From Heptranchias perlo (lineage: Eukaryota), in contig NC_090327.1 of NCBI RefSeq assembly GCF_035084215.1, positions 50,220,001 through 50,284,000 of the forward strand: a DNA stretch of 64,000 nucleotides. Direction: 5' to 3'. Both the position numbers and the translations under genes were made by a program. Under the pieces are notes generated by a model that saw only the letters and a program-made list of their open reading frames with translations, did no database searches and was not told the origin of the DNA. The number at the start of each line of letters is the position of its first letter. Within the stretch, counting starts at the first letter, position 1. Shown here in pieces: positions 1-12,959 of the stretch.

Positions 1-356
1 TTCCTCCCTGGCCTTACTCCTCCCTCCAGACTTACATCTCTCAGAGAACTCTGCATTCCTCCAACTCTGGCCTCTTGTTCATCCTCTACTTCCTTTGTCC
101 CACCATTGGCGGCCGTACCTTTAGCCGTCTGGGCCCTAAGCTCTGGAGTTCCCTCCACAAACCTCTTCGCCTTGCTACCTCTCTCTCCTCCTTTAAGATG
201 CTCCTTAAAACCTACATCTTTGACCAAGCTTTTGGTCACCTCTGCTAATGTATCCTTCCTTGACTCAGTGTCAATTTTTGTATGATTATACTCCTGTGAA
301 GCGTCTTAGGGCATTTTACTATGTTAAAGGCACCATATACATGCAGGTTGTTGTTG
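1..356 (+). mobile_element. L2 LINE 3' end
   Basis: GPKLWSSLH-type C-terminus and tail ...ctatgttaaaggcaccatatacatgcaggttgttgttg; reverse-complement homolog of 43088-43640. Confidence 0.8.
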
Positions 357-1104
357 TAAGTTGACATCTTATTCAAAAGACAGCACCTTCAACAATGCAG
401 TACTCCCACAGAAGTGCTATCACAGATTTTATCGACTCAGATAAAAGATACCAACTGAGGTAAACTGACATACGTATGAACACATTTACTATATGTAACA
501 CAGCTGTTCTTGGTATTACAATAACAACTGTGAGCAATGCAGGCACATGTCGAGATACAAAATCAACTGCACCAAACTGGCATGACAGCCAAAACATTGT
601 TGGAGAAAACAAACCAACATGAGGAATTCCTTATTCAGCTAGGTGGGAAAACACTAAGTATCTCAATCTACATAATGCTAACATTCTATGGCCTATACTC
701 ACCCTTATAATATTGTAACAGATTTATATAACAGTAATTTTAAAAATTGGCATAGGATTTAAAGTTGCATAGCAAAACTTAAAGGAAAAAAATCAGTGTT
801 AACAGAATGCAGAAATTCCAGTGGCAAAACTCAGAACATTTTAACAGAAAAGAAAACCACAGAAGAATTGTTAAAAAAATGCTTTGTTTTTAAGGGTGTA
901 AAAAACATTCAAGGTTAAATATTAATTTATTTTACATTTTCTACCACATGTTGGGAATATAGTAAATAATTAGAACCTTATTAATTGCATTACATAGAGA
1001 CTACACATCAGAAACTCATGGTTTATGCAAAATAATCCACTTTGTCCCATGTAATGTCTCTATGCAAGTACCCCCTCCATTATCAGCACAAAAAAGGGTG
1101 GATT

Positions 1105-1372
1105 AATAACAAGGCTCACTCAGGGCACAGCAGGTCTATAGTCAGTAGCTGAGCCATACAGACCAGGAAAATCCAAGATTTGGTCCCTGCTGTGCTAAAT
1201 TAGCTCTCAATCTGGTGGCGGTCTTGAATGCCTTGATTTAAGGAGCATTAAATTGGCCAGGAATCCTGCTCATAATTGGTATAGAGTCAACCCTGCTGAA
1301 ATGTGCATATCTGCACGAAGACACGATCAGGCTCTGCTATGGTGTCCCTGGATTGAGTATCTGCTGACACTA
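1105..1372 (+). mobile_element. Ancient tRNA-SINE (AmnSINE2-like); related degraded copies at about 10390-10650 (-) and 19850-20010 (+)
   Basis: agctgagccatacagaccagg...ctgtgctaaattagct...accctgctg blocks, recognised from memory of the family consensus. Confidence 0.45.
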
Positions 1373-2404
1373 TGGTTATGTTAAACACCAAAATTGTTTA
1401 TCTTCCAGAAATCTACCAGTAAAAGCCCAATCATCATTCTGTAATAGCTATTTCAATTTTTGGTTTTGCTTATGGTAATAGGGTAACATTCAACTCAAAG
1501 ACATTACATTATATGGAAATGAAATACTTTTATTTACAAAATGCATTTGTGTACCACCACCATCTACTAGTTGGCTTTTTGAACATGTGCATTTATCTTC
1601 AATGAACATCTATAAAAACAAATCAAATAAAAATATGTATATATAGGTTCTATTTAAAGACAAATCTTTTTGGTTACTCAGTGTTAATTGTACTATTATA
1701 CTTACAGAAATATATATGTTATCAAGTAAAATAATTATACTGATCGATTTAATTGCTTGGATGCATCTTAACTGTGACATAAAATTACTTGTGTTTATGC
1801 AGATTTTCCAAAGAAAGCAAAATGAATTTAGGTCTATGTAAATTTGATATTTTCCCCCCCATTTTAAATTACACCTTAATTAGACCAAAAACATAAAAGA
1901 ATCAGGTAGTTTAACAAAAAAAACTACTGGACACAGTAAATCAAATCAACTATTTTACCTTCTCAAACATATAAAATACAATATAAAGTCATTCAAAATC
2001 TTGCAATGCAAGAGAAAAAAAAAGTGCAAGAAAAGGCTTCATTTAAATTTTCTTGATAAGCTATCAAGCCAGTGTCATGTATTCTTCTATACCACAGGTA
2101 TTTGTGCTTTTAAAAAAAAGCTTGTGTTAAATATAAAATATAATTTCTGTAGTGTACAAGACCAAATTTTCATCCACAATTTCCCCATAGCAAGTTCCTG
2201 ATCTTGGCCCATTTGTCTGGGGAGAGATTAAGTGAAGCAGTTCACTCACTATACCCCCCACAAGGCATACTGAGTGAACTCAGAAAGCTGCATCATTTAT
2301 ATTGTAGGCATTGATGTCTATGTCATGGTCTAACTTTGGTTTCTCCTCTATGCTGCTCTTGTATTTTGTATATAATTACTGGGTAATATCTGCATATGCA
2401 CTTT

Positions 2405-2554
2405 GGGGGTGAAGTTCCGCAGGTGTTCTCCCACTCATCTGCTGCAACTTCAGCAGGAGCTGCGGAAACCTCGGAAAAATAGCTAGGATTTCTGTGACTC
2501 TTACGCTGAAATTACAGTGGATGAGCAAGACACCTTCCGTAGAAACTCATCCCC
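2405..2554. repeat. Imperfect palindromic MITE-like element
   Basis: 5' arm ggggtgaagttccgcaggtgtt...ctcatctgctgcaacttcagc pairs with 3' arm gctgaaattacagtggatgag...acaccttccgtagaaactcatcccc. Confidence 0.6.
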
Positions 2555-2837
2555 TTTTTTATATTATACTACAGGAAGTTTCTATTATAAATGTGGACTT
2601 AGGAATTTGTAATGGAAAAAGTTGTTAGGAAGTGCGTACAAACATAAGATTTTTATTATGTTATACAGATATGGTTTTGTTTTGTTTTTTGACAGACATG
2701 CATTTTATTTTTGATTAGCTTTTTTCTGTTTTATATATTTTTGCTTTTGCAATGTTCCAAATTTATCTCTTTCTCTGTGACGTTTCAGTTGAATGACACA
2801 CAATCATCTATTGTGCTACCATGTGATATTCTCAAAT

Positions 2838-3170
2838 GAACAATATCTTGTATTTATATAGCACCTTTAATATAGTAAAACATCCCAAGGCACTTCACAG
2901 AGATGTAATTGGGCAAAAATGGACAGCAAGACAAGAAATAGATATTAGGAAGAGGTGGAGAAAGGTGGAAAGGCAGAGGGATTTAGAGAAGGAATTCCAG
3001 AGCATTGGGCATAGACGGCCGACGGCACGGCCGCCACTGGCGGGGCGAGGGAGATGCACAAATTGCCAGAGTCAGTGGAACAGAGAGTTTGTATGGCAGG
3101 GGGAGGGGGGGAGGTAAGGCTAGAGATGGTTCCAGAGATAGGCCATGAAATACCAGGGATTCAACAAGAA
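2838..3170 (-). mobile_element. L2 LINE 3' fragment
   Basis: ttgtatttatatagcacctttaa tail; ggaattccagagc motif shared with the 43088 copy. Confidence 0.7.
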
Positions 3171-3993
3171 ACATTATTTTTGTGGTGTGCATAAACGTAG
3201 CCGTAGTTCTGAAATTATTTAATAATATCACCTGATGAGGTTGTTTTCATTACTTTTATTGGTTTTATTTTCACTGTTTAAAAATTCTTATCTGTGAATT
3301 ATATATGTTACTATTGCAGATAGGTGATAATTTTATTTTAAATATCTATTTTTTGCATATTCTTCCTCATAAGCAGTTTGCAATGTGCCTTAATCCCTTT
3401 CAGTTTACATGGGATTTTTACTTTCCTTGTCCCTTCTTTTCTAAATATAAAAGATATCCCTTTGCTAGACACCTCATTCCTCTGGTGGCAGAACAAGCAA
3501 ATATGTGCTCTAAGAATTGTGTAACAACAGCTTTAGGCAACTATCCCATTCTGACTTTTATATAGAAACTTGAGAAAGGATGAGCGTTTTCAACATACTC
3601 TCCAGCACATTCACTATTAGTTATATCAACCCTTTTCTATTGCAGTTCTTTTGGACAGAAGGTTCAATATTATAATGCCAACACATATTTTTATTTGGAT
3701 CTTCTGTATTTGTAATAGCAATAGAAAGTTTCAAGCCTTGTGTTGTGACTATTTGAAACATGGGGTTGTTAAAAATTGTTTTAAATTTAGTTCACTTGTG
3801 CCTGGTGCTATTCCCATTCATTTACTTAGGTTTTCAAAATCATTAAGGAAGTTGGGCTCGGTACAAACTTTGATGTAACCCAAATGAAATTTTCAAAATT
3901 AAAACAGGAATTGGCAAAGTTGATTCCAGCAAATTGTTCATTATCGCAAAGGGCTCAAATACTGGGGAATATAAGTAAATTAAAGATTAGGGA

Positions 3994-4235
3994 TAAAATC
4001 AGAAAATACTGGAATTACTCAGCATGTCAGGCAGCATCTGTGGAGAAAGAAATAGAATTAACGTTTCAGATCGATGACCCTTCATCAGAACTGGCTGCCA
4101 GTTCTGATGAAGGGTCATTGACCTGAAACGTTAACTCTGTTTCTTTCTCCACTGTGCTGCCTGACCTGCTGAGTATTTCCAGCATTTCCGGTTTTTATTT
4201 CAGATTTCCAGCATCCGCAGTATTTTGCTTTTGAT
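3994..4235. mobile_element. Fold-back Penelope-derived mini-element, family A
   Basis: About 100-bp inverted arms centred on 4096 plus a one-sided tail of about 35 nt; 14-bp TSD ttaaaga(t/c)taggga at 3980-3993 and 4236-4249. Confidence 0.85.
4100..4136 (+). ncRNA. Minimal type-I hammerhead ribozyme-like motif (weaker mirror copy on minus strand, about 4056-4092)
   Basis: AGUU-CUGAUGA-A-GGGUC(AUU)GACCU-GAAA-CG-UU-AACU. Confidence 0.65.
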
Positions 4236-5363
4236 TTAAAGACTAGGGAGTAAGGAATAAGAAGGAAAGTTGGGCAGAAAAAAAGACTTGCGGAATAAAT
4301 TACCAGGGAAGGACATGGAAGTGGACAGTGTAAATAGGTTCAAGAGACAATAGGGTTGGTGTCATATTTACTTAGCTGTGTTTGATCATTTGTTACATGC
4401 ACACTATATTTCTTATGGAGTGTTCTTTAGTTTTTGAGCTGTGGCAACATGTGTGGATATGAATCTCTTGTGTTGTTTGAAGCAGCTGGTCTTCATCTGG
4501 TGTAAAATCCCTTCAGTAGCAAATCAATACCTCATGTGAAATTAGCTAAAGGATCTTTTGTCCTGAGTGACAGTATATTTTGTGTTGCGCTGTTTGCTTC
4601 TATGGTGTTTTATTTTACTTTTTCCCTTCAATTTTCTTCCCTTTCTCCTGAACATGTGCCAGTTTCCACTTCTGTAGTGTTTTTATTGGTTATTGCTAAT
4701 GCAAGCTGCAGCAGGAAGTGAAATTTTAAATTTAGTGCTTTCAAAGCTGAGAGCTAGTGTGTGTCGTACATGGGTTTCTAATTATGTAACAACTGCTTTG
4801 TTACAAAAATAACTCATTAGGAATAAATCAGATTAGTCTTGTGTGCACACCTGTGGATTTAAAAACAGAACAGATGCCAAGGAATATCTGAATGTCAGAA
4901 GGATTCATCTCAAATCAACCATCAAATCTCAGTTTGATTTTTTATAAATGTTTATGCATTATGTGATTGGTCTCTTGAAAATATCAGGCTTTCATCAGTT
5001 CTTTGCTCAAAATGTTCTATATAGCTATGTACTGAATGGGATATTTCAGCCCCTGGAATCATTTCACTTTTGACGTACATCCAGTATCATTATGAAATTT
5101 GTATGTTGAAATTATTTTCCAAACTTAGTCTGACTTGAACTGCATAGAGATTTAGTGTATGCTAATACATTAAAAAATGGATGATTTGCTATCAATGATA
5201 AAAAAAAATCCATGTGAATATCAGAGCTTACCACACTGCAGAATTGAACCTCATACCCCATAACCATACAGTACATACAATTTTGCAGGACTATTTACCA
5301 TCACACATATGAATACAAAGTCACCTTCATGTCCCTTAGTATTCCTAGTTCTTGTGGGCGGTT

Positions 5364-5431
5364 CTATGATGCCCATGCTTTCAAATGCTTCATACTTTCA
5401 TCTTCCTCCTTTGTTTTCTTCTTAGTTGTAA
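5364..5431 (-). CDS. CHMP4C: CHMP4C coding exon 5 (stop)
   Basis: ctttctag acceptor; VTTKKKTKEEDESMKHLKAWAS* with the CHMP4 ALIX-binding MxxLxxW motif; total CDS 675 bp. Confidence 0.9.
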
Positions 5432-6021
5432 CTAGAAAGGAGACAATTAGTGTTCCTTTATTGAGGAATTGTACTTTTTCCATGTGGCCCACACAATTCT
5501 CTAGCCAAGAGGGTGGATTGGCATCTAGCTCACATGCTTCTTAATCATTTACCAAAAGATATTCAAGCGTAGCCTGTGTTGTAATTCTAATTTCGCCCTC
5601 ATCTTTAGAAACACTGTTCTAGTAACCCCTTGCTCAAAGACAATGTTAAATTGCCCATAATGTTGAACGTTTGTAACAATATCTAATTGTTACATGATAT
5701 GGATAAGCAAATGTAAATAAAGAGCCATAATTTGATGTGGCAGGACATAGTTAGACTTGCCCTTGCACGTTTTGGTTTTTTAATTTTTTGCGTGGCAAGT
5801 TGCTGAAAGTGTAAGCTGATAACGTCGCAGCGAGGGAAACAGGACATCTGGGACCTGAATGAACAGGGCAAGCAACTGTGTATCTCCTTGATCAATCAGA
5901 TTGAAGTATTCTGAAATTAACAGCGCAGGGGCTGAGAAGGAAGTGTAAATTAGTGTGGGTGAATTCAATGTCAAATCAGGTACGGAAAGGGAAATAAAGA
6001 GAGGGAATGAATAGAATAGAA

Positions 6022-6360
6022 TAGGGTGGATAGAGAGAAACTATTTCCGCTGGTTGGGGATTCTAGGAATAGGGGGCACAGTCTAAAAATTAGAGCCAGA
6101 CCTTTCAGGAGCAAGATTAGAAAACATTTCTACACACAAAGGGTGGTAGAAGTTTGGAACTCTCTTCCGCAAACGGCAATTGATACTAGCTCAATTGCTA
6201 AATTTAAATGTGAGATAGATAGCTTTTTGGCAACCAAAGGTATTAAGGGATATGGGCCAAAGGCAGGTATATGGAGCTAGATCACAGATCAGCCATGATC
6301 TTATCAAATGGCGGAGCAGGCACGAGGGGCTGAATGGCCTACTCCTGTTCCTATGTTCCT
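6022..6360 (+). mobile_element. CR1 3' fragment
   Basis: RGHSLKI...FYTQRVVEVWNSLP; tail cctatgttcct. Confidence 0.9.
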
Positions 6361-6586
6361 AAAGGTTGGATTAAGAGAGAGAGAAAAAGAAAGACAGAAA
6401 GGAAAATAAAAATAACATTTTAATGTAAAATTTTGCATTTCTAAAATCTCCCAACAACAATTAAAACCTGAAGGAATGAGACTCCATACTTGTAATAGTT
6501 AATTTTCAGTTCCAGCGAGGTTGAATGGCAGTAATTAATGCTTATCACGTCATTAAACGGGTACTCAGACTGAAATGAACAAGACT

Positions 6587-9005
6587 TGGATAACAGTAAC
6601 AATATAAGGGGCAAAGAGGGGGAGGAATTTTTGAAAAGTGTTCAGGATAACTTTCTTGACCAGTATGTTTCCGGCCCAACGAGGAAGGAGGCATTGCTGG
6701 ACTTGGTTCTAGGGAATGGGGCGGGCCAGGTGGAGCAAGTGTCAGTGGGGATCATTTAGGGAGCAACGATCATAGTACCATAAAGTTTAGAATAGCTATG
6801 GGAAAGGACATGAACCACTCTAAAGTAAAAATACTCAACTGGAGGAGGGCCAATTTCAGTGGGATGAGAACAGATCTGGCCTGGGTAAATTGGAATCAAA
6901 GATTGGCAGGCAAAACTGTAATTGAACAGTGGGCGGCCTTTGAAGAGGAGATGGTTGGGGTACAGTCTAGGCACATTCGCACAAGGCAGAAAGGTAGGGT
7001 AACTAAAGCCACAGCTCCCTGGATGACAAAAGAGATAGAGAGTAAGATGAAACCGAAAAAAAGGGTGTATGACAGATGTCAGGTTGAAAATACAAGTGAG
7101 AACCAGGTTGAATATAGAAAGTTCATTGGGGAAATGAAAAGGAAATAAGAGGGGAAAAGAGAGAGTAAGGGAATAGACTGGCAAGAAATCCAAAAGTCTT
7201 CCATAGGCCTGCAAACAGTAAACGGGTTGTAATAGGAGGGGTGGGGCCGATTAGGGACCATAAAGGAGATCTACTCATGGAGGCAGAGGGGATGGCGGAG
7301 GTACTAAATAAGTACTTTCCATCTGTCTTTACCAAGGAAGAAGATGCTGCCAGAGTCTCAGTAAAGGAAGATACAATTGAGATACTGGATGGGCTAAAAA
7401 TTGATAAAAAGGTACTAGAAAGGCTAGCTGTAATTAAAAGTAGATAAGTCATCCGGTCCGGATGGGATGCATCTTAGGTTGCTGAGGGAAGTAAAGGTGG
7501 AAATTGTAGAGGAACTGGCCATAATCTTCCAAACATCCGTAGATACGGGGGTGGTGCCAGAGGACTGGAGAATTGCAAATGTTACACCCTTGTTCAAAAA
7601 AGGGTGTAAGGATAAATCCAGCAACTACAGGCCAGTCAGTTTAACTTCAGTGGTGGGGAAACTTTTAGAAACGATAATCCAGAACAGAATTAGCAGTCAC
7701 TTGGACGAGGGTGGATTGATTAGGGAAAGCCAGCACGGATTTGTTAAAGGCAAATTGTGTTTAACCAACTTGATAGAGTTTTTTGATGAGGTAGCAGAGA
7801 GGGTAAATGAGGGCAATGCAGTTGATGTGGTGTATATGGACTTTCAAAAGGTGTTTGATAAAGCGCCGCATGATAGGCTTATCATCAAGATTGTGGCCCA
7901 TGGAATAAAAGGGGCAGTAGCAACATGGATACAGAATTGGCTAAGTGACAGGAAACAGAGAGTAGTGGTGAACGGTTGTTTTTTGGACTAGAGGGAGGTA
8001 TACAATGGTGTTCCCCAGGGGTTGGTGCTGGGACCACTGCTTTTCTTGATATGTATTAATGACTTGGACTTTGGTATACAGGGCACAATTTCAAAATTTG
8101 CAGATGACACAAAACTTGGAAGGGTAGTTAACAGTGAGGAGGATAGTGATAGACTTCAAGAGGATATAGACAGGCTGGTGGCACGGGTGGACATGTGGCA
8201 GATGAAATTTAACGCAGAAAATGCAAAGTGATACATTTTGGTAGGAAGAATGAGGAGAGGCAATATAAACTAGAGGGCACAATTCTAAAAGGGGTACAGG
8301 AACAGAGAGATCTGGGGGTATATGTGCACAAATCGTTGAAGGTGGCAGGGCAGGTTGAGAAAGCGGTTAAAAAAGCATACGGGATCCTGGGCTTTGTAAA
8401 TAGAGGTACAGTGCACAAAAGTACGGAAGTCATGAACCACCTTTATAAAACATTGGTTCGGCCACAACTGGAGTATTGCGTCCAGTTCTGGGTATCGCAC
8501 TTTAGCAAAGATGTGAAGGCCTTAGAGAGGGTGCAGAAGAGATTCCAGGAATGAGGGGCTTTAATTACGTGGATAGACTGGAGGAGCTGGGGTTATTCTC
8601 CTTGGAACAGAGAAGGTTGCGAGGAGATTTGATAGAGGTATTCAAAATCATGAAGGGTCTAGACAGAGTAGATACAGAAAAACTGTTCCCATTGGCGGAA
8701 GGGTCAAGAACCAGAGGGCATAGATTTAAGGTGATTGGCAAAAGAACCAAAGGTGACGAGGAAAAACTATTTTACACAGCAAATGGTTAAGATCTGGAAT
8801 GCACTTCCCGCGGGGATGGTGGAGGCAGATTCAATCATGGCCTCTAAAAGGGAACTGGATAAGTACTTGAGAGGAAAAAATTTGCAGGGCTACGGGGATA
8901 GGGCTGGGGAGTGAGACTAGCTGGATTGGTCTTGCGTAGAGCTGGTACGAACTCGATGGGCTGAATGGCCTCCTTCCGTGCTGTAACCTTTCTATGATTC
9001 TATGA
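6587..9005 (+). mobile_element. Degenerate CR1 LINE, about 2.4 kb
   Basis: Series of frameshifted ORF2 fragments 6798-8790; (ttctatga)n tail; gactt repeated on both flanks. Confidence 0.93.
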
Positions 9006-9500
9006 CTTAACTTTCTGTGGTGAATTTAGTTTGTATCTACTGCGCAAATACAGGAACTACAAGCTGTTCAATGCATTTCACTGGTGAGGCAGACAGTGAG
9101 ATGCCGTTTTCGCAAAGCTAACGGCAGAGCGGCGCCTCTCGGACAGCAACTTTTGGAATTCCACGTTTAACCACACAGCTGCCCTTGCCTGTAGTTGCAG
9201 CAGCATTTGCGCATAAATAATGGCGAGCACATTAGCCTCACTGTTATTTTGAGAGCAAATTCTGGCCCAATATAATTCATTAAGTTGTTGCTTACTGAAT
9301 GTTAATATACTTGTAAGTGCTTTTTGTTAAACTCTTAACAAGAGACATTGATTTTATCGATAAAAAATACTTAAGTGTGGAAAACTTGTATAATTTACTC
9401 CCTTTTTCCAAATGGATTTTCACTAGTCCTGTGGTACATTAGTGTCCAAGAACATCCTGTATACTTTATTAATTCCAACAGCCAGCTCCAGTTAGCTCAC

Positions 9501-9606
9501 CTTGTCTGGATGGGAGGGAAGTGGTTGGAACTTTTGGCAGTCCTTTACTCATTTTCTTATTTAATTCTTCTTGTTCCAGCTCCTCTAATTCTGCCAGCAA
9601 TTCATC
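9501..9606 (-). CDS. CHMP4C: CHMP4C coding exon 4
   Basis: DELLAELEELEQEELNKKMSKGLPKVPTTSLPSRQ (MIM2-like LPxVP motif); ttccag / gtgagc; 106 bp. Confidence 0.93.
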
Positions 9607-10679
9607 CTGGAAACAATGTGCATCAAACAATTTATGATGGCATGGAAGAACTTTGAGATTTACCCATAGCAACTAAAACACTGGAATTTTTTAATTGATA
9701 AAAGATGGAAAGGTAAAACACTCATAATTGAAAGAAGTTCAAGAAATAAATTAAATAATTTGAAACAACAATAATTTATATATAAAGGGCTATGGTCATA
9801 ATGGAATACAAACTTTAATAAAACAACATTAATTGATCTAACTGATCAAGCTAATCATGTATGAAGTACAAATTAGATGAAGTCATTCATATCCTCACTT
9901 ATATTGGTCTCTGCCCAATTTCCCTACCAACAGCAAACCAGAGAAATCTGTCTTGCTAACTGCTGCCCAGTGTCCATCCCTCATTGGGAACTCCTTGGCC
10001 TGCAGATGACAGCACTAGAGTTGTAAGGATAGAATTTTCTAACTTTGCATTGCAGATATTGAGAAATTTAGCACCCTACTCTTTTCCTCAGTTTCAGCTT
10101 CATCAGCAAAGAACCCTGGGAAATGGAGACAAGCTTTTTCGAAAGTCACATTCTTCTTGTTTATAGTGCAGCTATCAACAAAAAGTACTGCAGTTTCCAA
10201 TTACAATGACAACCATAAGGTACTATTTGTCAGGGATACAATAGTTAATGGCCGACCAATACATAACCTTAACCTCTAACTTAATACAATAGGCATACTA
10301 ATTTATATTAACTGACAAAACTCTTTTAAAAAAACATAAACATCCCTTTTTCCAATTTTCAGCCCTTTCCTCTCAGCTCCAGAAAACTCATGCTTAGGTA
10401 CAGTTGCCAGCAGCCCTCTGGTAACTTATCCAAGTGGCAGTCTTCACTTGCAATAGGGGTCACTGCATAGTGATCAAGATCAAGCTGGTTTTCTTTTTCT
10501 ACTTGGCCCAGGGACAATTGCAGCATCCCTACTGTTACACTGGCTGTCAATTGCTAACTCAGGACAGAACAGGGATTTAACCTGGTCCTTCCTAGACTCT
10601 ATAGTTCAGCAATAAATCATGTGGTACATCTAGAGCCATCAGGGCAGCTCAGAGTATTTCTTTAAGGCCAACAATTTCA

Positions 10680-11052
10680 TTGAAACATACAAAATTCTTA
10701 CAGGGCTCGACAGAGTAGATGCAAGGAGGATGTTTCCCCTGGCTGGGGAATCTAGAACCAGGGGTCACAGTCTCAGAATAAGTGGTAGGCCATTTAGGAC
10801 TGAGATGAGGAGAAATTTCTTCACTCAGAGGGTGGTGAATCTTTGGAATTCTCTACCCCAGAGGGCTGTGGAGGCTCAGTCATTGAGTACATTCAAAACA
10901 GAGATCGATAGATATTAAAGGCATCAAGGGATATGGGGACGGTGCAGGAAAATGGCGTTGAGGTAGAAGATCAGCCATGATCTTGTTGAATGGCGGAGCA
11001 GGCTTGACGGGCCTGATGGCCTACTCCTGCTCCTGTTTCTTATTTTCTTATG
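10680..11052 (+). mobile_element. CR1 3' fragment
   Basis: MFPLAGESRTRGHSL...WNSLPQ plus CR1 3' UTR. Confidence 0.9.
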
Positions 11053-12643
11053 AATGTTCACAGAGCGATTTAAATTTCCAAGATCTATAACAGAACATGT
11101 GGTGATTGCATTATGTCTCTTCAAAAATGAAAAAGTAATTACATGGCTCAATATATTTTCAGCAATGCTTTCAGTTCCATAACTTATGACAAGTAAGGTG
11201 ACACTATTTGATAGTAGTTCCCATTTCAGAAACATATCAGCATTCTACAAGGACTATTTTTATAGAAACTCTAATAATGTGGTCATTTTTAATACATATA
11301 TTAAGCCTTACAGCTCCTCAAAGCACTGTTTTGAAATTAATGTTGTGCTACAATTGCACTTGTACATAAGTAAACCCCATTATACCAATATTGATTTAGC
11401 CAAGGTTTTCCCAGACATCAGCAATTGTATTTTTTGTTGTTGCTTTAACTACTTCTGTCTTTTTTTCTTGCCTGATCTTTCTCTCGCATTGCCTGAATCT
11501 TCTTTGATTTCCATGTCCTGCTCATCTATACCTGATTTTTTTTAAACTGATTTTTCTCTATATACACCTCTACAGAGAGGTAGCAGAGCTCCAATGCTGC
11601 ATCAAGCCCAAATTACTGTCTGCCAGTGTGTTGGTAACGATGAAAATTGAAGGGACATGGGGACGGGGGCAGATTAAGAGGCTAAAAACAATCCAGAACT
11701 GAGCAATAAAGGCAGCATATCACCTCCTACGCTTTATCTGCTCAACCTATCTGCCCAACGTCTGTGGACTCCAAACAATGGAAGAAAGGTTTTTGATACA
11801 CCGGCAGAGGTACCTTCACAAGACAAGAACTAACCCATCATTGTCACTGCTGCTAGAGGAAATAGGACAGAACCCACCCCAATGAATTTGCAACATTATT
11901 CTGTCTGTGGGCCTGCAGTAGGTGGCTGACCATTGCAACATTCAATCTCAGAGAAGCTTTTGGTGCAGGGGCCAACTGAGTTCCAATGAAATCCACACAC
12001 TGGTCAGAACTGACTCATAAATTCCAGAATATCCAATATTAAAAATGATGTGAAAATATACCCTGGACTATCCTTAGCAAGCTCCCAGTGTGACCAGCAA
12101 AGGGCTGCTGGATTGAAAATGTCATTTTCTGATTGGTGAAAAAGGACAGTGAAAAGACATTTTTCAATCCTTCTATTTAAAAATTCCGTCCACCAAAAAG
12201 TCCTGAGCAGCAAAGGTCATAAGCCCAACTGAGCTTACAGGTAGGCAAATCTACAGCTTTTAGCTAAGGGGAAAATAAACAAGATTCAAAGTAATGAAAG
12301 GATGGGAAAAGGGTAAGAAAGCCTGGGCTATCCTAAATAGATTTACAATGTTAGTAGTAGTATACAGCTTTTTACATGCAGCCCACAGGCTCCATAAGCA
12401 ATCGTGTGGCCCACAAATGGAAAAAGTTTGAATTTCCCCGACTGTCAGCCATGCTATCATCACTGGAACAAACAGCTGATGTCTAGAAATAAACAATAGT
12501 AAACAGGAAGAGCCCAAATTTGTTTATTAGACCCCCTCAATATCTTTCATACATTTAAAAAATTCCTTTCAGTATATTTTCTCCCCTTCACAAATCAACT
12601 CCAGATTTGTCATCTATATTTGATTAAATATTTTCTTATGTAC

Positions 12644-12758
12644 CTCATCAAATTCTGAACCAAATGCAGCTGGTCGGGAAATTGCATCAGAGATTTCGTG
12701 TGCTATTTCATGCTGTTCTGTGATATCTTGCATCATCTCATCAATTTTATCTAAATCC
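12644..12758 (-). CDS. CHMP4C: CHMP4C coding exon 3
   Basis: Manual translation DLDKIDEMMQDITEQHEIAHEISDAISRPAAFGSEFDE; cccccag / gtacat boundaries; 115 bp. Confidence 0.94.
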
Positions 12759-12959
12759 CTGGGGGAAAAGAAATCAATTAATACCTCCAAAACTTTAGCT
12801 TCAGTTTTACCAACTCAGTTTTCCTTCAAACCATTTCAGACACTGGCCTCTACAATTATGGGTTTTTGTGGGATTTCATTTTATTCATAAGACACATTTA
12901 ATGTAGAAACTTAAAGTTTTTTAATGTAATTTCAATCTTTAATAAACTAACCTGGTATA

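Noticed and set aside
3994-4200. pre-miRNA hairpin
   Set aside because: TSD, other copies of the terminus and the link to a Penelope ORF explain the hairpin; there is no small-RNA evidence.
360-5360. SNX16 terminal exon or an overlapping 3' UTR, expected from synteny
   Set aside because: No SNX16 coding sequence was recognised; several polyA-like hexamers occur on both strands and cannot be assigned without transcripts.
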